Assembly: GCA_045535075.1 (NCBI GenBank)
Contig: JAZSKX010000017.1
Coordinates: 160,001-224,000, forward strand
Reading direction: 5' to 3'
DNA from: Candidatus Spyradenecus sp.
GTDB lineage: Bacteria > Verrucomicrobiota > Verrucomicrobiia > Opitutales > UBA953
Length of the DNA: 64,000 nt
Part shown: one piece after another, positions 58,645 to 64,000 of the stretch
How positions within the stretch are numbered: the stretch's first letter is position 1
How the letters are laid out: each line of letters opens with the position of its first letter
Translations under genes and position numbers: made by a program
The notes under the pieces: model-generated
What the model was told of the DNA's origin: nothing
Database searches by the model: none
The model's input: only the letters and a program-made list of their open reading frames with translations

Positions 58645-59469
58645 ATGATAGACAACACAATCACTTTGCCGTGCTTTCCGTATCCTGGCGGAAAAACAAA
58701 GATGCGTGAACGCCTTGTAGCGATGTTCCCGACACACAAAACCTATGTTGAGCCGTTTGCGGGAGCCTTGGCCGTTTTACTCGGGAAACCGCGTGTGAAA
58801 TGTGAGGTTGTCAACGATCTTAATGAAGAGCTCGTGATGTTTTTCCGCTATGTGCGGTTGCATGGAGATGCGCTTCTTGCGGAGATTGACGCTGTTCTCG
58901 CCGCTCGCCGGGAGTTTGAGTTTTTCCGCTCCCGTGAGCCGGATACGGAACTTGGCAAAGCCTTAGCGTTTTTCTTTCGACAAATGCTTTCATTTGGCGG
59001 AATTGGCGAGTCGTTTTCGCGGCGCAAGGATAAAGCGCCTCATTGGGGAAGCAACGTGATTAAGCAACGCATTCTTGCAGTCCGAGAACGGTTGCGCCGT
59101 GTCTATATTGAATGCAAGCCGGCAAACGAGGTGATCGCATTCTACGATACTCCGGAAACGTTCTTTTTCGTGGATCCTCCGTACATTTGTGCTACCCCAG
59201 CTCGCTATAAGGCCTTTACGCCGGAGCAGATGCAAAGCTTGAGGGATACGCTTTCCCTATGTAAGGGAGCGTGGATGCTGACTTGCGACAATTCTGCTAC
59301 CTGTCGTGAGATCTTTTCCGGTTTTAGGACGACCGAGATGTCGACCCTGTATTCGCTCGCGAATGCTGCCCCGAAGCTGGTTTCCGAGCTTGTTGTTTTT
59401 TCTAAAAATTTCCCTATTCAGAATGAAACCTGTTTTCCCGTATCCGGGCGGCAAATCGAAGCTGCTTAA
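58645..59469 (+). CDS. DNA adenine methyltransferase (D12 class), copy 1
   Basis: YPGGK, YVEPFAG, EVVND and DPPY motifs. Confidence 0.92.
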   Translation: MIDNTITLPCFPYPGGKTKMRERLVAMFPTHKTYVEPFAGALAVLLGKPRVKCEVVNDLNEELVMFFRYVRLHGDALLAEIDAVLAARREFEFFRSREPDTELGKALAFFFRQMLSFGGIGESFSRRKDKAPHWGSNVIKQRILAVRERLRRVYIECKPANEVIAFYDTPETFFFVDPPYICATPARYKAFTPEQMQSLRDTLSLCKGAWMLTCDNSATCREIFSGFRTTEMSTLYSLANAAPKLVSELVVFSKNFPIQNETCFPVSGRQIEAA

Positions 59470-60268
59470 ATCCATTCTTCCGTTTATCCCGTGCGCGGAA
59501 ATCCGAACCTATATTGAGCCGTTTGCGGGCGGGCTTGCCGTGCTTTTGGCTCACGAAGAGCCATTTCCTCGGGAAGTCGTCAATGATGCGAATGCAGGGC
59601 TGATGGCGTTTTATCGAATGGCCGCATTGCATCCGGACGCGCTTCTTACGGAGCTTTCTGCCGTGATCGCGGCACGGCGGGATTTTGAAATGGAAGTACG
59701 CTTTCCGGATTCGAGGACAGAACTTGGACGTGCTGCTCGGTGGTACTGGATGACGAAGCAGAGCTTTGGCGCACAGGGAGAGCATTTTGGTCGCGGGAAA
59801 GATGAATTTCATGGCGTGGACCTCGAAAAAGACGCTCCGGTAATTCGTCGGCTTTCTGAGCGTCTGAAATCGACAATTTTTCGGAATACGGATGCGTGTG
59901 AGGTCATTCGGGAGTTCGATGCCCCGGACACGTTCTTTTTTCTCGATCCTCCGTATATCGAATGCGGCGACACTGCCTACGATGCGTTCACAGAAGATGA
60001 CATGAATCGTCTTCGCGAGACGCTTGTGTCGAGCAAAGGAAAATGGCTTTTGACCTGTGACGATTCTCCGGCAACGCGCCGTGTTTTCTCCGGATTTCGC
60101 GTGCGTGAGAATCTGATTAGGTACTCTCTCGCCAAAACCAAATCCGGGAAAATTTCCGGGGAGTTAATGGTTTTTTCGGAGAATCTCGCTACCGATTTTC
60201 TTGGCAAAACTTCGAGGCTGTTTCCTCTCTCACGCACCTCGAAAGTAGCTACCGCGCAAACCGCATAA
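59423..60268 (+). CDS. DNA adenine methyltransferase (D12 class), copy 2
   Basis: YPGGK, YIEPFAGG, EVVND and DPPY motifs. Confidence 0.92.
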   Translation: MKPVFPYPGGKSKLLKSILPFIPCAEIRTYIEPFAGGLAVLLAHEEPFPREVVNDANAGLMAFYRMAALHPDALLTELSAVIAARRDFEMEVRFPDSRTELGRAARWYWMTKQSFGAQGEHFGRGKDEFHGVDLEKDAPVIRRLSERLKSTIFRNTDACEVIREFDAPDTFFFLDPPYIECGDTAYDAFTEDDMNRLRETLVSSKGKWLLTCDDSPATRRVFSGFRVRENLIRYSLAKTKSGKISGELMVFSENLATDFLGKTSRLFPLSRTSKVATAQTA

Positions 60269-60348
60269 AAGGGCGTGCAATTTCACTGCACACCCTCTGC
60301 AAAAACTCCGCATCGGCGTTGCTTTTTCAGCTTTTTTTGGGGGGGGGT

Positions 60349-60397
60349 ATTTCTCAAACCTCTGCGACAAATTTCTCAAACCAGCCGAGCATTTACA
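60349..60397 (-). repeat. Right-end transposase-binding repeats R2 (60349-60360) and R1 (60371-60382), with terminal CA
   Basis: ATTTCTCAAACC twice, 22 bp apart, inverted relative to the left-end sites. Confidence 0.88.
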
Positions 60398-61508
60398 CCG
60401 TTGAAAGTTCCTTCCCGCATTTAGAACAAATCGTTTGAAGCTTGTTTCCACAGTTCGGACAGAATTTAGATTTCGCGGGAACAGGAGCGTTACATTTCGG
60501 ACAAAACGTATTTTCTGATCGAGGCGTCTCATTTATAAAAGCACTCCCGCAGTTTGAGCAAAACTTTGTCCCTGTCGGGTTTTGTGCCCCGCACTTCGCA
60601 CAAGCAAGCGTTGATGCCGAGAAATTCATCGGATTTCCTATTTGTGTCGCACCAGCCCCCATCGCTGTTCCCAACCCGGCGCCGAGTGCGATCCCCATTC
60701 CGGCCCCCATGAGATTTGCGGACATTCCGCCCGCACCTTCATTCCCCGCCGCAACCTGTAATGTATCGAAGGAACGCATTTGCCGATAGTCGTAGCCGAC
60801 GATATCCATTTCTGCTCGCTGGGCGAGTGCATCTCGAAGTTTTATGACGGCGGGGTCTTCTTCGTCTGTCGAAATTGATGCAATGGCGAAGCGGCTCAAA
60901 CCTACACCGAATTCATCAAAAACTTCTGCCAGTTTTTGCGAAACTGCGTCAGCCAGTTCCGATTGGTGAGCAACAATATCTAGCACTGAAACGCTTTTCT
61001 GAGCGATGTATTGACCAATCAGAGTTTTCACTTCCATAACCAACATTCCTCGAAAGTGCTCGCTCAATGTTGATTTGGTAAATGCCGGAAGCGTTCCCGC
61101 AAACTTTGTCAGAAACTTTCGAGAATTTTTAATCGTCATCCCGTACTGCCCGAACGCGCGAACGGGAATCATGATTTTGTAAAGCGGATCCCGCACTTGA
61201 ATCGCAGTCGGAGTTCCCCACTTCAAATCCAATGCATAAGCTTTTTGAACAAAATAAACTTCTGCTCGGAACGGACTCTTCCCGCCTGCAAACTGTGCAT
61301 TTACAAATTTCTCAAGAAAAGGAAAATTTTCGGTATTGAGTGTGTATGTTCCTGCCGAAAACGGTCCCTCGAAGCGCCCCCCAATTTGAACGAGTGCTTC
61401 TTGGGATTCTGCAACAATAAGGCGACTTAATGTCGTAAAATCTGTTTCCGGAAAACGACATGCAATAACGTTGGGCGCAAAACGCCACGAAATAACTTCA
61501 ACAGCCAT
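60393..61508 (-). CDS. SPFH/Band-7 protein with C-terminal zinc ribbons, truncated by the prophage
   Basis: LIVAESQEA, GTYTLNTEN.P, LKWGT, VRAFGQY and repeated CxxC; the stop codon is supplied by the prophage end (GTG TAA). Confidence 0.9.
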   Translation of the reverse strand: MAVEVISWRFAPNVIACRFPETDFTTLSRLIVAESQEALVQIGGRFEGPFSAGTYTLNTENFPFLEKFVNAQFAGGKSPFRAEVYFVQKAYALDLKWGTPTAIQVRDPLYKIMIPVRAFGQYGMTIKNSRKFLTKFAGTLPAFTKSTLSEHFRGMLVMEVKTLIGQYIAQKSVSVLDIVAHQSELADAVSQKLAEVFDEFGVGLSRFAIASISTDEEDPAVIKLRDALAQRAEMDIVGYDYRQMRSFDTLQVAAGNEGAGGMSANLMGAGMGIALGAGLGTAMGAGATQIGNPMNFSASTLACAKCGAQNPTGTKFCSNCGSAFINETPRSENTFCPKCNAPVPAKSKFCPNCGNKLQTICSKCGKELSTV

Positions 61509-61607
61509 ACTGGATTCTCTTGAATTGTTAATGAGATTTGTCAGTTTACCAATACACTAACTTTTTGACGGTGTCTAAAGTTCGAAAAACACCGCATAAT
61601 TGACGGT

Positions 61608-61844
61608 GTGAAACCGTTTTCCGTGTCTGAAAGATTAAAAGCATTGCGTGCTGCGTCGGGGCTGACGCAGGAAGCTTTTGCCGAGCTCGCGGGAATGGAC
61701 TACAAAACATATCAGCACATCGAAGCCGGTCGGCGACCGAGTGTCCGCCTGTGCACTATCGAAAAAATCTGTGCAGCTTACCGCATCGAGCTTTGGCAAT
61801 TTTTCTCGCCGAATATTCCCAAATTGAATTTCGGAAAAGCGTAG
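61608..61844 (+). CDS. XRE-family HTH regulator
   Basis: LKALR..GLTQEAFAE...IEAGRR; divergent from the SPFH operon. Confidence 0.88.
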   Translation: MKPFSVSERLKALRAASGLTQEAFAELAGMDYKTYQHIEAGRRPSVRLCTIEKICAAYRIELWQFFSPNIPKLNFGKA

Positions 61845-61993
61845 CTGATTACGGGAACGTCGGGAAAGTTTGCTTCTTTGGATGGTACGATTTTGCATTC
61901 GAGTTTATTCGTGTTGATTCGTGGTCTACGTTTGTGATTTCGATTAGGATTTTGCGTTTTGTTGGCGGATGTGCTTCATTCTCGGGATAATTT

Positions 61994-63352
61994 ATGGACG
62001 AAACATCCACCATAACTGCGTTTGCGACTCCGCTTGGCGAATCGGCTGTTGCCGTCATTCGTGTGAGTGGTCCGAATTCGCATAAAATTGCAAAAGAAGC
62101 TTTTGTTCCGAAAAACGGACTTAAGGCTCGTTATGCTACATTCGGCGTTTATAAATCCGTTTCCGGCAGTGCACTAGACGAGTGTTTGTATGTTATTTTT
62201 AATGACAAATCGTCTTATACGGGAGAGGATTCTTTAGAGATTTATTGTCACGGGAACCCGTTTATTGCGAAGAAAATATTTTCGGATTTGATTGTGCGCG
62301 GATGCCGGCAGGCGCTTCCGGGGGAATTTACGCGCCGTGCCTTTTTAAACGGGAAAATGGATTTAACGCAGGCGGAGGCGGTTGCGGACGTGATTTCCGC
62401 TCGTTCGGAGATTGCGCTGAATGCGGCTCAGAAGTTGCTTTCGGGAACTCTGGGGAAAAAAATTTCGGATTGGAATGAAAAGATTGTCCGCCTACTTGCG
62501 GAGATTGAATCCCAGATTGATTTTTCAGACGAAGAGGTTCCCGAGCTTAATCGCGATGATTTTAACCCAAAACTTATCGAAATTATAAATGAGTTAAAAA
62601 GCACGGAGAATACGGCGCGTTATTCGTCTGCGGTTCACGAAGGTGTTAATGTCGTTATATTCGGTCCTCCGAATGCGGGAAAGTCTTCCCTGCTCAATGT
62701 GCTTGTCGGCGAAGAGCGTGCGCTTGTCAGTGAAGAAGCGGGAACGACGCGGGATTTCATTTCGGAAAATATTAATATCGGTTCCTATCGTATCCGTATT
62801 TTGGATACAGCAGGGATACGGGAGCATGCTGCATCAAAGATTGAGGCTGCGGGCATTCAACGCTCGATTGAGTGTATGAAAAAGGCTGATTTTTATATCT
62901 TTGTTGTTGATGTTTCTGCGGGAACGCCGAAGCTTGGCGACGAGGTGAAATCTTTGATTCGCCCGGAAAATACCTTAGTTGTTTTGAATAAAAGCGATCT
63001 TGGTTTTGGATTGAATCCGGATATGTTCCTGCCGGAATTTGAAAAAATTACAGTCTCGCTTTTAAAACCGGATGCATATGACGTGCTCTCGGGCAAGATT
63101 CAAAATGTTTTGAAAGCGAAGGAGATTGTTCCTCGCGACGATGTTTTAATCGTCGGAATACGCCACGCAGAGGCGCTTTCCCGGGCGCGCGGGTATTTGG
63201 AAGAAGCACTTCGTGACTTAGGCATTGTTCCCTTGGAATTCACGGCAAATAACTTGAGAAGTTCGATGAATGAGCTTTCGGAAATCCTCGGACGATTTGA
63301 TAACGAGAAGATTTTAGACAAGGTATTTTCAGCCTTTTGTATCGGTAAATAA
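61994..63352 (+). CDS. mnmE: tRNA modification GTPase MnmE
   Basis: GPPNAGKSS, GTTRD, DTAG, NKSD and C-terminal FCIGK. Confidence 0.97.
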   Translation: MDETSTITAFATPLGESAVAVIRVSGPNSHKIAKEAFVPKNGLKARYATFGVYKSVSGSALDECLYVIFNDKSSYTGEDSLEIYCHGNPFIAKKIFSDLIVRGCRQALPGEFTRRAFLNGKMDLTQAEAVADVISARSEIALNAAQKLLSGTLGKKISDWNEKIVRLLAEIESQIDFSDEEVPELNRDDFNPKLIEIINELKSTENTARYSSAVHEGVNVVIFGPPNAGKSSLLNVLVGEERALVSEEAGTTRDFISENINIGSYRIRILDTAGIREHAASKIEAAGIQRSIECMKKADFYIFVVDVSAGTPKLGDEVKSLIRPENTLVVLNKSDLGFGLNPDMFLPEFEKITVSLLKPDAYDVLSGKIQNVLKAKEIVPRDDVLIVGIRHAEALSRARGYLEEALRDLGIVPLEFTANNLRSSMNELSEILGRFDNEKILDKVFSAFCIGK

Positions 63353-63353
63353 T

Positions 63354-64000
63354 ATGAAAAAAGAAATTCGCATTGATAAAACGCGTCCTTACGATGTCAT
63401 TGTCGTCGGAGCCGGACATGCCGGTGTGGAAGCGGCCTTGGCGGCGGCGCGCATGGGTGCCGACACGTTACTTCTGACGGGAAATCTCGATACGATTGCT
63501 AAAATGAGCTGTAATCCCGCAATCGGAGGTCAGGCAAAAGGACATATTGTCCGGGAAATCGATGCGATGGGCGGCGAAATGGGCGTTTGTGCCGATGCGA
63601 CGGCGATTCAATTTCGTGTCTTAAATGCTTCAAAAGGCCCGGCGGTTCAGTCGCCGCGCGCGCAGTGTGATAAATTGGTTTACGCAGCCCGAATGAAGCA
63701 GACTTGTGAGCTGCAAAAGAATTTGACGCTTTTTCAGGCAATTGCATCCAAGCTTATTTTAAAAGCCGGGAAAGTGATTGGTGTGGATACTACTTTGGGA
63801 GTTCCGTTTTACGGGAAGACGGTTGTCCTGACTACGGGAACGTTCTTAAAAGGAAAGATGTTTATCGGAAAAAACGTCAACGACGGCGGGCGCCTCGGTG
63901 ATTTCAATGCAGAGACGCTTTCCGATAGTTTTCGCGATTTGGGAATGCAGGTCGAGCGTTTGAAAACGGGAACGCCGGCGCGAATTTTGGGTTCAACGAT
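63354..64000 (+). CDS. mnmG: tRNA uridine-5-carboxymethylaminomethyl modification enzyme MnmG/GidA (runs off the window)
   Basis: Manual translation YDVIVVGAGHAGVEAA, MSCNPAIGG, SKGPAV and LKTGTP. Confidence 0.96.
   Translation, partial: MKKEIRIDKTRPYDVIVVGAGHAGVEAALAAARMGADTLLLTGNLDTIAKMSCNPAIGGQAKGHIVREIDAMGGEMGVCADATAIQFRVLNASKGPAVQSPRAQCDKLVYAARMKQTCELQKNLTLFQAIASKLILKAGKVIGVDTTLGVPFYGKTVVLTTGTFLKGKMFIGKNVNDGGRLGDFNAETLSDSFRDLGMQVERLKTGTPARILGST

Larger units (their letters stand above)
27554..60397. mobile_element. Mu-like transposable prophage, 32,844 bp
   Basis: TG at 27554 and CA at 60396-60397; flanking CCGT duplication; end repeats; MuA/MuB/Gam plus head, tail and methylase modules; removal restores the host ORF. 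Confidence 0.95.

Noticed and set aside
58645..60268. Phage methylase pair as the two-strand writer of the CGGGAAC motif
   Set aside because: The complementary strand GTTCCCG has no adenine, and the motif is densest in host rather than phage DNA
61845..61993. rpmH or another small gene upstream of mnmE
   Set aside because: Translations show no L34-like sequence or credible ORF
1..64000. CRISPR array, rRNA or IS elements
   Set aside because: No regularly spaced repeat-spacer array, cas genes, rRNA-like sequence or IS transposase seen; the CGGGAAC motif is dispersed, not arrayed

Overview
The window is chromosomal DNA, probably from a Verrucomicrobiota/Opitutales-like bacterium (inferred from protein character and gene context, not verified). 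Positions 1-22.4 kb and 62-64 kb hold housekeeping genes (heme-type ABC transporter, metK, pgi, secG, tRNA-Pro, lpxB, tilS, ftsH, hisH/hisB, hpt, lepB, dnaN, argS, menB, rpsR, mnmE, mnmG). A DnaA-box cluster, a putative oriC, lies upstream of dnaN with no adjacent dnaA. A complete 32,844-bp Mu-like transposable prophage spans 27554-60397. It has TG...CA ends, TTGAGAAAT end repeats and an apparent 4-bp target duplication (CCGT). It is inserted in the last codons of an SPFH/zinc-ribbon gene that heads a minus-strand zinc-ribbon/membrane-protein operon. The prophage carries an RHH-type switch region, an accessory cassette (Clp-fold serine protease, Zn-finger and 2-TM proteins), a MuF ADP-ribosyltransferase, a tail-linked glycosyltransferase, a YadA-repeat fibre and two tandem adenine methyltransferases. 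No endolysin is recognisable. The host DNA is saturated with a non-palindromic motif, (G)CGGGAAC(G), which behaves like a DNA-uptake sequence.
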